A stretch of DNA of 64,000 nt, taken from positions 23,213 through 87,212 of the forward strand of contig NZ_CAUVVO010000010.1 of assembly GCF_963555405.1 (NCBI RefSeq), read 5' to 3'. The DNA comes from an uncultured Rothia sp. Its GTDB lineage: Bacteria; Actinomycetota; Actinomycetes; Actinomycetales; Micrococcaceae. The notes under the pieces are model-generated. The model was not told the origin of the DNA. It did not search any database and saw only the letters and a list, made by a program, of their open reading frames with translations. Made by a program: the position numbers and the translations under genes. Positions within the stretch are counted from its first letter, which is position 1. Every line of letters begins with the position of its first letter. This document shows, one piece after another, positions 18,780 through 28,841 of this stretch.

Positions 18780-18813
18780 GCTGCCGCACCGTTAGGTGCA
18801 CTCGGTTTTTGGA

Positions 18814-18894
18814 GGGGGCGTGTTCCCCGTGTCTGGTTCGTGCGATTTTTCGTGCGTGCTGGAGGCGGTGGGCACGCCCCCTTTTGTTGTGCTC
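18814..18894 (+). repeat. direct repeat copy 1 (ppa terminator element)
   Basis: The 68-nt core gggggcgtgttccccgtgtctggttcgtgcgatttttcgtgcgtgctggaggcggtgggcacgccccc is identical to 22592-22659. A T-run (4 vs 7) and gttgtgctc follow. The outer 9-bp stem gggggcgtg/cacgccccc plus T-run suggests terminator function. Confidence 0.9.
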
Positions 18895-19214
18895 GGAGTT
18901 GTTGCCCAGGGCTTTGTCGAGGTCGATTTCAACAAGTACTTTGCGCGGTGGGGCTTGTAATATTTCTGAAAGTTCAGATTTTTAAAGATATTTCTAAAGT
19001 TCTAGTTACATAAATATTCAAGTTTAAAGTGAGATTTTAATAAACTTCAGGTTTACATTGATATATATTTTTTCACGAGAATGAAATATTTGCTTGTGAA
19101 TGCTCGAAACAGTGAATTTTCAGAGTAGGGTTGAAGGAGTGTGGTGTAAGAGCGTCGACGAAGCGTAAACGCCACACACTATTGTCATCACTCAACTCAA
19201 TTTAAAGGACTATC

Positions 19215-20033
19215 ATGTCTGAACTGTCACGCCGGCATGTGTGCCGGCTTTCATCATTTGCCCTGGTAAGTTTCTTCGTAGCACCTCAGAGTACGGCATG
19301 GGGTATTCAGGGCTCTGTTGGGTCTCCCCAGCAAATAGATGGATGCACTGTTGCCCCGCTTCGTGAAGCATGGTTGCCGACTAATGGTGCAGATAATGTC
19401 ATTCTGTGGTTTCAGCTTCTTCCCTTTTCGGGCCCCTATGCTGGGGTGCATGCGCTTCCTTCGATAGAACTGATGGGGAATCAAGAAGAGTCAGCCTTAT
19501 ATGAGGTAATTCGCCCCCATATTCGCCGTGATACAGGGCAGTGGCTGTCTAAAATTCCTTCGGGTCAGCAGATTGTGGTTGAGCTTGAACAGCTGAGTGG
19601 ATCGCAAGAATACATGGTGCAGATGAGCCGTTGGCAGCCGGGTTCTATGGGATTGACAAGCCATTCTCCTGAGGGGTACCCGGCTGCGCCATCGCTGACA
19701 GTGCGTGAGGACTCGGGTCTGAAGGTGGTTCGTGCGCGTGGTGCCTCAATGGAGAGCACTGAGTATTTTTGTGGTGTCTACCACGGGGAGATGAAGGGAA
19801 ACGCATCCCTTGGAGAAGATGGCGGTGCGTTTATTCAAGCTCAGCGCTGGGAATGGGGTCTTGAGGTTGATAAAGATATTTCTCAGCCGGAAGAGTTGTT
19901 TCAACGAGGGTGCTTTGGCGTGTATTTCCCGGGTCGTAGCGAATACGGCGGATCTACTGTGTCGGCTTCCTATCGGATTAGTGTTAGGACGCCGGGAGGC
20001 GTGTTGACATGTACCACAATAGCTGCCCCATAA
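19215..20033 (+). CDS. hypothetical secreted protein (island gene 1)
   Basis: AAAGGA SD. Hydrophobic N-terminus CRLSSFALVSFFVAPQSTAWG. I recognise no family. AT-richer than the backbone. Confidence 0.5.
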   Translation: MSELSRRHVCRLSSFALVSFFVAPQSTAWGIQGSVGSPQQIDGCTVAPLREAWLPTNGADNVILWFQLLPFSGPYAGVHALPSIELMGNQEESALYEVIRPHIRRDTGQWLSKIPSGQQIVVELEQLSGSQEYMVQMSRWQPGSMGLTSHSPEGYPAAPSLTVREDSGLKVVRARGASMESTEYFCGVYHGEMKGNASLGEDGGAFIQAQRWEWGLEVDKDISQPEELFQRGCFGVYFPGRSEYGGSTVSASYRISVRTPGGVLTCTTIAAP

Positions 20034-20236
20034 AACAATTATGGGGGTAATCGCAGGGTTGTGGATTCGGGAAATCTTGCTCTGCAAACAGAGATGATTG
20101 ATAGGGGGTTGGTGCAGATTTAATAGAATTAAACATCAAATCATCTTTATGTATAGATATTCAGGAAAAATTGGTGGGTTGGCATTCAAACTATTTGAAT
20201 GCGTTTGAACTACATGGCTTAAGAAAGGAATACAAT

Positions 20237-21640
20237 ATGGTTGATTATAGTAAATCAAAGCATGTGAATGTTTTGGATTTTGGTGCAGACCCAACCGGTA
20301 CGAAGGATTCCGCACCAGCGATTCAAAATGCCATTAACTCGGTGGCTGCTGTTCCCGGTGGTGGTTCTGTCGAGATTCCTTCGGGAATCTATCTTGTGAG
20401 TAATGATTTTATTAATCTCAGGGATAGGGTAGAGGTGTATGGTCATGGATTCTCAACACAAATTATTGGGTTTAATAAAAACCCGAAGATTTTAAGAGAT
20501 GTTGATGGTGACGATATGGAGTGTCAGGGGGTATTTCATATGGGGTCATACAATACCTTTGTGGGTGATATGGGAACAAATATACCAATGCGTTTTGGGG
20601 TACGGGATATGTTTATTCGTGCCGCCAATCTTAATCTTTTGAATCCTAATATTCGTAAAGGATTTTTTGAGTATCAAATTGCTCAGGGTAAGCACGTTGC
20701 TGATAATTATATACCGGATAATATTGCGGGAATTATTGTTCATACAAGATATGATATTTTTAATGAACCTGAAGCTGCCCCTATTATTTCAAATATTGAA
20801 ATCTGGGATACGGCAATCGGAATTGCCATCCTGGGTGAACATGATCGTGCTATGAAGGTTGATAAGGTCCGCATTCGTAAAACTCGCAGACAAGGGCTCT
20901 TGGTGGGAAAGCCGGTGGGTCATGTTCAGCGTAGAACAGAGAGTTTGAACTCTGGAGCTGCGGATAATAAGTTTGTGATGGTTGAGGTCTCTGATGCCAA
21001 TCTTGGTGGCGGATATCATGGGGCAATTGAGGTGTATGGGGCTCAATGTAAATTTGTGGCATGTACCGCCTGGTTTGCTATTCGCAATAAGCCAAATTCC
21101 GACCTTTATCACGATAGAGATCAGTACCGTAGAAAGTCTGGTGCCGGGTGGGCGGTTTTTGGCGAACGAAATATGTTCATCGGATGTACCGCTCAGGAGA
21201 ATGGCGGGCACGGATGGATTGTTGGATTCAAGGATAATCAATTTATGAACTGCTTGGGTGAGTCATCAAGCTATGAAGATAAACTCACTTTAAGGGGTGC
21301 AGCTCAGGCGGATCAGGCGGCTAATTGGTACATCAGCAGAAATGCTTCCGGAGCTCGTCTTGTTGCGCCGCGTTCTGCTAATCCTAAATCCGATAGGAAG
21401 GCGTCACGTTATGGATTTTATCTGGAGAATAAGCTGGATGATATTAGTATTGTGGCTGGTTCATCGCGTAATGCCCGTGATGGCAATAAATTGAATCCGG
21501 GCGGCGATCGGCACCTTTTCTTTAAGAGCGATCCCAGTGCCCCCTGGGGCGATTTCTATATTGATATTAATTTTGTGGTCAATAAGACTTCAAAAAGTCA
21601 TGATATTGTCAAGAGTGACAAAAAAGACATAATAATTTAA
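20237..21640 (+). CDS. right-handed beta-helix protein, pectate-lyase-3-like (paralog C), no signal peptide
   Basis: The ATG at 20237 follows AAAGGA. VNVLDFGADPTGTKDSAPAIQNAINSVAAVPGGGSVEIPSGIYLV. Shares GAADNKF, AIEVYGAQCKF, GAGW..GERNMFIGCTAQENGGHGW, QAANWYIS and RYGFYLE blocks with paralogs A and B. Confidence 0.7.
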   Translation: MVDYSKSKHVNVLDFGADPTGTKDSAPAIQNAINSVAAVPGGGSVEIPSGIYLVSNDFINLRDRVEVYGHGFSTQIIGFNKNPKILRDVDGDDMECQGVFHMGSYNTFVGDMGTNIPMRFGVRDMFIRAANLNLLNPNIRKGFFEYQIAQGKHVADNYIPDNIAGIIVHTRYDIFNEPEAAPIISNIEIWDTAIGIAILGEHDRAMKVDKVRIRKTRRQGLLVGKPVGHVQRRTESLNSGAADNKFVMVEVSDANLGGGYHGAIEVYGAQCKFVACTAWFAIRNKPNSDLYHDRDQYRRKSGAGWAVFGERNMFIGCTAQENGGHGWIVGFKDNQFMNCLGESSSYEDKLTLRGAAQADQAANWYISRNASGARLVAPRSANPKSDRKASRYGFYLENKLDDISIVAGSSRNARDGNKLNPGGDRHLFFKSDPSAPWGDFYIDINFVVNKTSKSHDIVKSDKKDIII

Positions 21641-21734
21641 TCATTCTAAAATAATTGCGCGGAGAGTGAATTCTGAGTATCTTCAAAGGGATTCACTCTT
21701 CTTCTACTCTCACACCTTTCACCGAGGATAGAAA

Positions 21735-22565
21735 ATGAAGAAAAACCTTTCGACCCGCGGCGCGGCGGCACTGTTGGCACTGGCTATGGGGTACATGGGT
21801 CAGGGCGTAGCCCAGGCGGCATACATTCAGCCGAAATCTGCACAGCCTATTGAAGAGCTGGAATTTGATGTTAATTGTTTTGACATGCACTTCTATTACG
21901 GCAAGAACACTATGGGCAGTTTGGATTGGGCGGAGTGTACCGGCCTGATTACGAAGAAGCAGGTTGTTGGGCTGGCCCGAACCCGTGAAGATAAGTTGCC
22001 GAACGGAGTCATGACCATTTCGCGTGGCCGCTTGCTGGAGTACCTGTACCATCTGGCGGGTTCACCCGAGGTGAAGAACCTGCCGGAGAAGTCCCCGTAC
22101 ACCGACCTGACTCCGGGCGATGCGCGCTATAAGGTTGCTATTTGGGCGACCCGTGTAGGTTTGACCACCGGTTGGTCTGATGGTTCCTTCCACTACGACA
22201 CTCCGGCGAGCCGTGGTGCCTACTTTACTTTCCTTTATCGTGCTGCGGGTAGCCCCAAGGTGACTCTGGAATCTCTGGATGCGGCGAATGCTGTGCGTGC
22301 GGAGAAGGGTGCTACTCCCATTAAGGAAGGGAGCGAGTTGCATCGAGCAATGAGTTGGGTTTATCAGCATGCTTTAAGGAGGCCCGATGATAACCTTGAT
22401 AGTGTCTGGTTGAGTGTTAGCTACACCGAGTACAATACCTGGGAAATCAATAAAATACCGGATTTCTATTACGCTTCGTACCCTACTATTTTCACCCCTC
22501 TCGCGATTCTTGATTACCACGAGGAGTTGGCACCCATTGTCGCTCGTCTGCAGTCGCTGTCCTAG
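21735..22565 (+). CDS. secreted SLH-like domain protein, paralog C
   Basis: Signal peptide MKKNLSTRGAAALLALAMGYMGQGVAQA. Core LYHLAGSPEVKNLPEKSPYTDL..YKVAIWATRVGLTTGWSDGSFHYD..FLYRAAGSP. Confidence 0.6.
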   Translation: MKKNLSTRGAAALLALAMGYMGQGVAQAAYIQPKSAQPIEELEFDVNCFDMHFYYGKNTMGSLDWAECTGLITKKQVVGLARTREDKLPNGVMTISRGRLLEYLYHLAGSPEVKNLPEKSPYTDLTPGDARYKVAIWATRVGLTTGWSDGSFHYDTPASRGAYFTFLYRAAGSPKVTLESLDAANAVRAEKGATPIKEGSELHRAMSWVYQHALRRPDDNLDSVWLSVSYTEYNTWEINKIPDFYYASYPTIFTPLAILDYHEELAPIVARLQSLS

Positions 22566-22591
22566 CGGTAGGTGAGCGGGAGGGCTTTGCC

Positions 22592-22675
22592 GGGGGCGTG
22601 TTCCCCGTGTCTGGTTCGTGCGATTTTTCGTGCGTGCTGGAGGCGGTGGGCACGCCCCCTTTTTTTGTTGTGCTC
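22592..22675 (+). repeat. direct repeat copy 2 (duplicate of the ppa terminator element)
   Basis: See 18814..18894. Here it lies immediately after the SLH-like gene C. Confidence 0.9.
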
Positions 22676-22772
22676 CTTGGCTGTGTTTGGGGTGTTGGAA
22701 GGGCATGTGTAACCGAACTATTCTTCGGAAAACAGCCTCAGAGAGCTTCTTGGGGTGCTAATATGGGCATAT

Positions 22773-22790
22773 TACGAATAATAGTTCGTA
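22773..22790. promoter_or_regulatory. inverted repeat upstream of hipB-like gene (possible autoregulatory operator)
   Basis: tacgaa-N6-ttcgta overlaps a tataaa -10-like element about 40 nt upstream of the start codon. Confidence 0.25.
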
Positions 22791-22827
22791 TAAATTGAGA
22801 CTCTGTAGCGGTGAGGAGGAAACCCCC

Positions 22828-23052
22828 ATGGCATTCGACGCAACAGGGTTTGCGCAAGAATTTGGTGCGCAGGTTCGTGCCGTCCGCAAGTACGAAAAAA
22901 TCACCCAAATGGAGTTGGCGTGGATGGTTGGGCTCAGCGATAAAACGATTCGCGATATTGAGCGTGGGCTACCCGGCCCGTCAATTGGTGCGGTCCTCAA
23001 GGTCGCCCAAGAGCTTGGCATTGAGCTGGCCATTACTAACCCCCTCACCTAA
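22828..23052 (+). CDS. hipB: XRE-family HTH antitoxin (HipB-like)
   Basis: The ATG at 22828 follows GAGGAGGA. VRAVRKYEKITQMELAWMVGLSDKTIRDIERG is a Cro/C1-type HTH. It lies directly upstream of hipA. Confidence 0.7.
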   Translation: MAFDATGFAQEFGAQVRAVRKYEKITQMELAWMVGLSDKTIRDIERGLPGPSIGAVLKVAQELGIELAITNPLT

Positions 23053-23097
23053 CCCCTCCCGCACACTGCGATAGAAAACAGAACCTGGAGAAAAGCC

Positions 23098-24339
23098 ATG
23101 ACAGATGAACTGATGGCAGATGTCTATAAAGATGGTGTTCTCGCCGCATATTTGAGGCGAGATGCCAACGGGCTGATTCATTTCACCTACCGGGCAGATT
23201 ATGAAGGCCCGGCAATTGCCACGAGCCTGCCTTTAGACGCGGAATATACCGCAGAATCAATTCCCCCTTTCTTCCAGAATCTTTTGCCTGAAGGCTATAG
23301 GCTCGACGTTGTCAGTTCCGAGAAAAAAATCAGCAAAAATAACACCCTGGGCTTATTGCTGGTGATTGGTTCTGACGTTCCAGGCGATGTGCAAATTATT
23401 GAGCACGGGCGGGAACTGTACACCGCCCCTGCCGCATTGGTGAATAACCCTGAGGTTGTTTCCTTTGCAGAACTGATGGGTACGGTTGACCGCCGAGGAC
23501 TGCCTGGCGTTCAAGAAAAGCTGAGCGCCGTCATGAAAACTCTGCCCGTGCATTGGACGGGCGCTGGCTACGATGCGCTTCTGAAAATCAGCCCGCAACG
23601 CATGCCTGGGCTCGTGGAAAACGAAGCTGCCCACCTTACGGCGGCCGCGCTCATGGGGATTCCTGTAGCTCAGCATGAGCTTGTCTATGATCGAGATGGC
23701 GTGTCAGGTTTGATGGTCTCTCGTTTTGACCGAACACCCTCCGGGGGGCGCATCGCCATGGAGGATGGTGCACAGATTTTGGGTGTTCCTTCGGGTGAGA
23801 AATACACGGAAGATAACCCTGCTGTGACAACAGAAAGTGTCATTCAAGCAATGGTGAAAATCGCTGCTTCCCCGGCTATTGCCCGCAGGAATCTTTACAT
23901 GCATTTTCTCTACGCTTGGCTGACTGGCAACGGTGACCTACACGCAAAAAATATCTCGCTCCTCAAGGGACGCCGTGGATGGGAAGTAGCTCCTATCTAC
24001 GACATCCCCTGTTCGCTCGTGCACATTAAATCTCTATCCATGGCGCTTAGCGTCAACGGAAAAGATAATTCGAATCCCGGTAACGGTTCGCCGCCCGAAG
24101 ATTGGAAGATTACTGTTGACGATTGGCTTGCTCTCGCAGAGACTATCGGTCTTCCGCCTAAGGTGCAGAAAGACGCTCTAACGCGTGCTCTCAAAGCGGC
24201 TCGAGCAGTTCGCTGGCCCACAGACCGAGCCGCCCCGGGATATGTTTTCAACTCGAATGCCTCACCGTTTAAGGCCATGCAGAAAGAGTTGGAACGCCGC
24301 CAGGACGAGTTTGAAGAGTACCTTCATCCGCGCTCCTAA
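23098..24339 (+). CDS. hipA: HipA-family serine/threonine kinase toxin
   Basis: N-terminal coupling domain (VYKDGVLAAYLRRDANGLIHFTY), P-loop-like PGVQEKLS, and catalytic-loop motif GNGDLHAKNISLL. Confidence 0.8.
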   Translation: MTDELMADVYKDGVLAAYLRRDANGLIHFTYRADYEGPAIATSLPLDAEYTAESIPPFFQNLLPEGYRLDVVSSEKKISKNNTLGLLLVIGSDVPGDVQIIEHGRELYTAPAALVNNPEVVSFAELMGTVDRRGLPGVQEKLSAVMKTLPVHWTGAGYDALLKISPQRMPGLVENEAAHLTAAALMGIPVAQHELVYDRDGVSGLMVSRFDRTPSGGRIAMEDGAQILGVPSGEKYTEDNPAVTTESVIQAMVKIAASPAIARRNLYMHFLYAWLTGNGDLHAKNISLLKGRRGWEVAPIYDIPCSLVHIKSLSMALSVNGKDNSNPGNGSPPEDWKITVDDWLALAETIGLPPKVQKDALTRALKAARAVRWPTDRAAPGYVFNSNASPFKAMQKELERRQDEFEEYLHPRS

Positions 24340-24433
24340 GGCTCCTGACTTCTTGAGCCTTCGTTATTTCTAAATTTTCCTCGTGAAGTATCTATCTACA
24401 TAGACACTTCGCAATTTCTATAAAGGAACCATC

Positions 24434-25567
24434 ATGCAGAATGGACGCGCAGGACGCCTGCACCCCGCCGTCGGCACTGCCCGCCGCCACCTCGCCGCCG
24501 CCCTCGAAAAGCTCCTCGGCGCCGGAAGCATCAAAGCCACCGGACGCTCCCGCACCGCCTCCACCGCGGACGCCGCCGACCTGCCCCTGCTCCTGGTCGC
24601 CTGCAGTGGCGGCCCCGACTCCCTCGCGCTGGCGGCCATCGCCGCGCACTTCGCCCGCCGCGGCGATGTACGCGTAGGCGCCATCATCGTCGACCACGGC
24701 CTACAAGAAGACTCCGCCGCGGTCGCCGCGCAGACCGCGCAGACCCTCACCGACCTGGGGCTTCACCCCGTCATCACCGAAAAAGTGCAGGTTCCCGTCG
24801 GGAACATGGGCCCCGAAATGGCGGCGCGCACCGCCCGCTACACCGCCTTCACGAAAGCCGTTGAGGCGACCGGCGCCCGCGCCGTACTGCTCGGCCACAC
24901 CCTCGACGACCAGGCAGAAACCGTGCTACTCGGCCTAAGCCGTGGCTCCGGCACACGCTCCCTTGCCGGTATGCCGCCCGTGCGCGTCGAAGGGGGCGTC
25001 ACCTACCTGCGTCCCTTCCTCGGTCTGCGCCGCACCGACATACTCGACATCTGCGATGCCGAAACCCTCACCCCCTGGACCGACCCGACCAACACCGACG
25101 AAACCCTCATGCGTGCCCGCATCCGCCACAGCGTGCTGCCCTACCTGGAGGAGCACCTCGGCGGGGACGTCGCCCGCTCCCTGGCGCGCACCGCCTCCGT
25201 AGCTGGCCCCGACGCCGAATACCTCGACGAGCAGGCGCAGGCTGCCTACGAGCAGGCGCTCCTGCCCGCCGGAACCGCCGTGCGCGGCATCGAACGTGAG
25301 GACGCCGTGCTACTGGACCGTGCGCAGGTGGCGGCGCTGCACCCGGCGCTTCGATTGCGTGTGCTTGCGACCGCCTGTAAGACCGCCGGGGGAGAGAACC
25401 CCGGCTTCGAGCGACTGCAGGCGCTGGACTCTTTCACCGCCGGATACGCGGTAGCTGGGCCCGTTCAGATGCCCGGTCACGTGAGCGCGTACCGTCGCCG
25501 CAAAATTGTGCATCCGGCAACCGGTGAACGCCTGGACGTGCTCGTATTAGTGCCAACTCGACCCTAA
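24434..25567 (+). CDS. tilS: tRNA(Ile)-lysidine synthetase
   Basis: PP-loop VACSGGPDSLALA, then LGHTLDDQAETVLL. Confidence 0.9.
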   Translation: MQNGRAGRLHPAVGTARRHLAAALEKLLGAGSIKATGRSRTASTADAADLPLLLVACSGGPDSLALAAIAAHFARRGDVRVGAIIVDHGLQEDSAAVAAQTAQTLTDLGLHPVITEKVQVPVGNMGPEMAARTARYTAFTKAVEATGARAVLLGHTLDDQAETVLLGLSRGSGTRSLAGMPPVRVEGGVTYLRPFLGLRRTDILDICDAETLTPWTDPTNTDETLMRARIRHSVLPYLEEHLGGDVARSLARTASVAGPDAEYLDEQAQAAYEQALLPAGTAVRGIEREDAVLLDRAQVAALHPALRLRVLATACKTAGGENPGFERLQALDSFTAGYAVAGPVQMPGHVSAYRRRKIVHPATGERLDVLVLVPTRP

Positions 25568-25764
25568 CTAGGTGCCCAGCTAGATGCCCGCGGAGCATCC
25601 TCAGCACACACTATCTGCATGGTGAGGTGCGCCGCGGCGCCGTTTTAAGCCATACTTAAGGCGAACACCATCCACATTGTCCGCTGTGGGAAGGCATGAA
25701 ACCCCCGCACCCGGGGCCCCCGGCGGAGGCGCAGAGCGTCTAAAAGAATACGAAGGAATACATC

Positions 25765-26316
25765 GTGCAGGCTATCGACGTGCAGGACGATATCAAGAAC
25801 GTTCTCTTCAGCAAGGAAGAGATTAATGCGAAGGTCGCCGAACTGGCGGCGCGCATCGACGAGGACTACGCCGGTAAGGACGTGCTGTTGGTGGGTGTTC
25901 TCAAGGGCGCCATCATGATTATGGCTGACCTTTCCCGCGCTCTCAAGGGCCACTACACCATGGACTGGATGGCTGTTTCCTCGTACGGTTCCGGCACCAA
26001 GTCCTCCGGCGTTGTGCGTATCCTCAAGGACCTGGACACCGACCTGGTGGGCCGCAACGTCCTAATCGTTGAAGACATCATTGACTCCGGCCTGACCCTC
26101 GCATGGCTGCAGCAGAACCTGATTTCTCGCGGCGCAGCTTCCGTTGAGATTTGCACCCTGCTGCGCAAGCCCAAGGTCGTCAAGGCTGACGTTGAGGTCA
26201 AGTACGTCGGCTGGGACATCGAGCCCGAGTTCGTTGTTGGTTACGGCCTGGACTTCGCTGAGAAGTACCGCAACCTGGACTGCGTCGCAACCCTGCACCC
26301 GCACGTTTACTCCTAA
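25765..26316 (+). CDS. hpt: hypoxanthine phosphoribosyltransferase
   Basis: PRPP-binding motif VLIVEDIIDSGLTL. GTG start. Confidence 0.9.
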   Translation: MQAIDVQDDIKNVLFSKEEINAKVAELAARIDEDYAGKDVLLVGVLKGAIMIMADLSRALKGHYTMDWMAVSSYGSGTKSSGVVRILKDLDTDLVGRNVLIVEDIIDSGLTLAWLQQNLISRGAASVEICTLLRKPKVVKADVEVKYVGWDIEPEFVVGYGLDFAEKYRNLDCVATLHPHVYS

Positions 26317-26349
26317 GCCTTCACCTCAGCAACCCTGCTGTAGGTGGTT

Positions 26350-26387
26350 ACGCCCCGCCTCCTCACGCTTGTGGGGGAGCGGGGCGT
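26350..26387 (+). terminator. hairpin after hpt
   Basis: acgccccgc ... gcggggcgt stem. Weak U-tract. Confidence 0.4.
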
Positions 26388-26612
26388 TGCTGTACCCGCC
26401 GGTGGATGTACGTGGAGGCGGATGTATCCGCCGCGGAAGATGCACTTTCACCCCCGCCGAGTGCTACAACCCTTTAGCCCGCAGGTGAAATAGAGAAGCC
26501 CGGTACCTAGCCGCCCGCCGGGGTAGGGTACATTTAAGGTTGCATCGTTGGGTGTTCCGGCTGGCATGCCGCAACCCCCGACGGGTTACAGCCGCAACGT
26601 AAGGACAAAGCA

Positions 26613-28841
26613 TTGGCGCAAACCCCCAATACTCCGCAGAAAGGCTCGGAGGGCTTCCTGAAGAAGCTGATTAACGGCCCCTGGTTCTGGCCGGGTGCAG
26701 CTCTCGTAATCATGCTGGCTTTCCTCATGGCCTCCTTCTTCACTCAGCCCTCGCGTCAGGTGGACACCAACGTGGGTCTTCAGCTGCTCAACGACCACCA
26801 GGTCAAGAGCGCAAAGATCTACGACGGCGACCAGCGCGTCGAGCTGCAGCTTAAGGACGACTACAAGAAGGGCAACGACAACTACGGTAAGTCGGTGCGC
26901 TTCTACTACGTGCAGCCCCGCGGCGACGAAGTTGCTAAGGCAATGGAATCCGCCGAGCTGGAAAGCTACACGGACCAGCCGGTTGAGCACAGCTTCCTGG
27001 GCTCCCTGGTGTCCCTGCTCCTGCCGATTCTGATCTTTGGTGCGCTCTTCTGGTTCCTGATGGGACGAGTCGGAGGCGGCTCCTCCGTCATGAGCTTCTC
27101 CAAGTCCCGTGCGAAGAAATTCACCAAGGACAAGCCAGAAGTCCGCTTCAGCGACGTCGCCGGTGTGGACGAGGCGCTCGCCGAGCTGGAAGAAGTCCGC
27201 GAGTTCCTGGCTGAACCCGAAAAGTTCACCCGCCTGGGTGCCAAGATCCCCAAGGGCGTTCTGCTGTACGGTCCTCCCGGCACCGGTAAGACCCTGCTCG
27301 CCAAGGCTGTGGCGGGCGAGGCTGGCGTGCCGTTCTACTCGATTTCTGGCTCTGACTTCGTTGAAATGTTCGTGGGTGTGGGTGCGTCCCGCGTGCGCGA
27401 CCTGTTCAAGGAAGCGAAGAGCGACCCCGCCGCCATCGTCTTCGTCGACGAGATTGACGCTGTTGGCCGCCGCCGCGGCGTCGGCATGGGCGGCGGTAAT
27501 GACGAGCGTGAGCAGACCCTGAACCAGCTGCTGGTTGAGATGGACGGCTTCGACGGCAACTCGAACGTCATCGTCATTGCTGCAACGAACCGACCCGACG
27601 TTCTGGACCCGGCGCTGCTGCGTCCCGGCCGTTTTGACCGTCAGATTGGTGTGGACGCCCCCGACATGCAGGGCCGCGAACACATCCTGCGCGTTCACGC
27701 CGCAGGCAAGCCAATCGCTAACACCGTTGACCTGGCTCAGGTTGCTAAGCGCACCCCCGGCTTCACCGGTGCTGACCTGGCGAACGTCATGAACGAGGCG
27801 GCTCTGCTGACCGCCCGCGATAACGGCAACGTGATTGACGACCGCGCTATCGACGAGGCAATCGACCGCGTCATGGCTGGTCCGCAGCGTTCCTCGCGCA
27901 TCATGAACGAGCACGAGCGTAAGGTCACCGCATACCACGAGGGCGGTCACGCCCTGGTCGCGGCGGCACTGCGTAACTCCGCGCCGGTCACCAAGATTAC
28001 GATTCTTCCGCGTGGTCGCGCCCTGGGTTACACCATGGTCATGCCGCAGGACGATAAGTACTCCACGACCCGCCATGAACTGCTTGACCAGATGGCGTAC
28101 GCGATGGGTGGCCGTGCGGCTGAGGAAATCGTCTTCCACGACCCGTCCACCGGTGCGTCTAACGACATTCAGAAGGCAACCGACACCGCCCGCAAGATGG
28201 TTACCGACTACGGCATGAGCGCTGTGATTGGTTCCGTCAAGCTTGGCGGCGAAGACACCGAACCGTTCCTCGGTGGCGGCGGCGCTTCGGCACGCAACTA
28301 CTCCGACGCGACCGCGGCAAAGGTTGACGCTGAGATCCGCGCCCTGCTGGAGCAGGCACACGATGAGGCGTTCCAGATTCTGCTGGAAAACCGCGATATT
28401 CTGGACCGCCTGGCGTTCGCCCTGCTCGAGAAGGAAACCCTGCTCGAAAACGAGATTGCCGAAATCTTCAAGGATGTTCGCAAGCGCCCCGAGCGTGAGC
28501 ACTGGTACTCCAAGCCGACCCGCGAGCGTACCGACATCCCGCCGGTAAAGGCACCGAGCGAGCTGGCTCAGGAGGCGCAGAAGGCTGAGGAAGCACCTGC
28601 CGAGGCGCCGGCAGCTCCTGCTACGGCACCTACTGTTCCGGTAGCACCGGCTGCACCCGCGCAGCAGGTTCCGATAGCACCTACGCAGCCGTTGCCGCCT
28701 CAGGCGCCCCTCACCGACCCGGACGCCGACCCGACCGTCGCAATGCCCACCCAGCAGTACCCGAACTACCCCGCCCCTCCGGCGCAGCGCCCGGAGAACA
28801 GCACCCCGAACCAGAATGGAGCAGAGAATGAGCGAGGTTAA
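26613..28841 (+). CDS. ftsH: ATP-dependent zinc metalloprotease FtsH
   Basis: Walker [14 protein letters not shown], Walker [13 protein letters not shown] region, zinc motif HEGGHAL. Pro/Ala-rich C-terminal tail. TTG start after AAGGA. Confidence 0.95.
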   Translation: MAQTPNTPQKGSEGFLKKLINGPWFWPGAALVIMLAFLMASFFTQPSRQVDTNVGLQLLNDHQVKSAKIYDGDQRVELQLKDDYKKGNDNYGKSVRFYYVQPRGDEVAKAMESAELESYTDQPVEHSFLGSLVSLLLPILIFGALFWFLMGRVGGGSSVMSFSKSRAKKFTKDKPEVRFSDVAGVDEALAELEEVREFLAEPEKFTRLGAKIPKGVLLYGPPGTGKTLLAKAVAGEAGVPFYSISGSDFVEMFVGVGASRVRDLFKEAKSDPAAIVFVDEIDAVGRRRGVGMGGGNDEREQTLNQLLVEMDGFDGNSNVIVIAATNRPDVLDPALLRPGRFDRQIGVDAPDMQGREHILRVHAAGKPIANTVDLAQVAKRTPGFTGADLANVMNEAALLTARDNGNVIDDRAIDEAIDRVMAGPQRSSRIMNEHERKVTAYHEGGHALVAAALRNSAPVTKITILPRGRALGYTMVMPQDDKYSTTRHELLDQMAYAMGGRAAEEIVFHDPSTGASNDIQKATDTARKMVTDYGMSAVIGSVKLGGEDTEPFLGGGGASARNYSDATAAKVDAEIRALLEQAHDEAFQILLENRDILDRLAFALLEKETLLENEIAEIFKDVRKRPEREHWYSKPTRERTDIPPVKAPSELAQEAQKAEEAPAEAPAAPATAPTVPVAPAAPAQQVPIAPTQPLPPQAPLTDPDADPTVAMPTQQYPNYPAPPAQRPENSTPNQNGAENERG

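Noticed and set aside
22598-22798. 66-aa ORF starting inside island repeat copy 2.
   Set aside because: It is made largely of the duplicated terminator element and an intergenic spacer. It has no SD, and the same sequence at copy 1 is clearly non-coding.
26586-28502. 638-aa ORF antisense to ftsH. Similar long antisense or out-of-frame ORFs: 42204..44174 opposite clpC, 38277..39911 opposite lysS, 2999..4225 opposite beta-helix B, 51395..52855 opposite the pyruvyl transferase, 8465..9358 opposite the permease, 13224..14177 and 14593..15825 opposite the helicase, 16424..17410 opposite dacB, 35533..36279 opposite the PH protein, and 56284..57264 opposite the hypothetical gene.
   Set aside because: These are typical high-GC artefacts. 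The translations are Arg/Ala/Gly/His/Pro-rich with no recognisable motifs, while the opposite strand encodes proteins with unambiguous family signatures.
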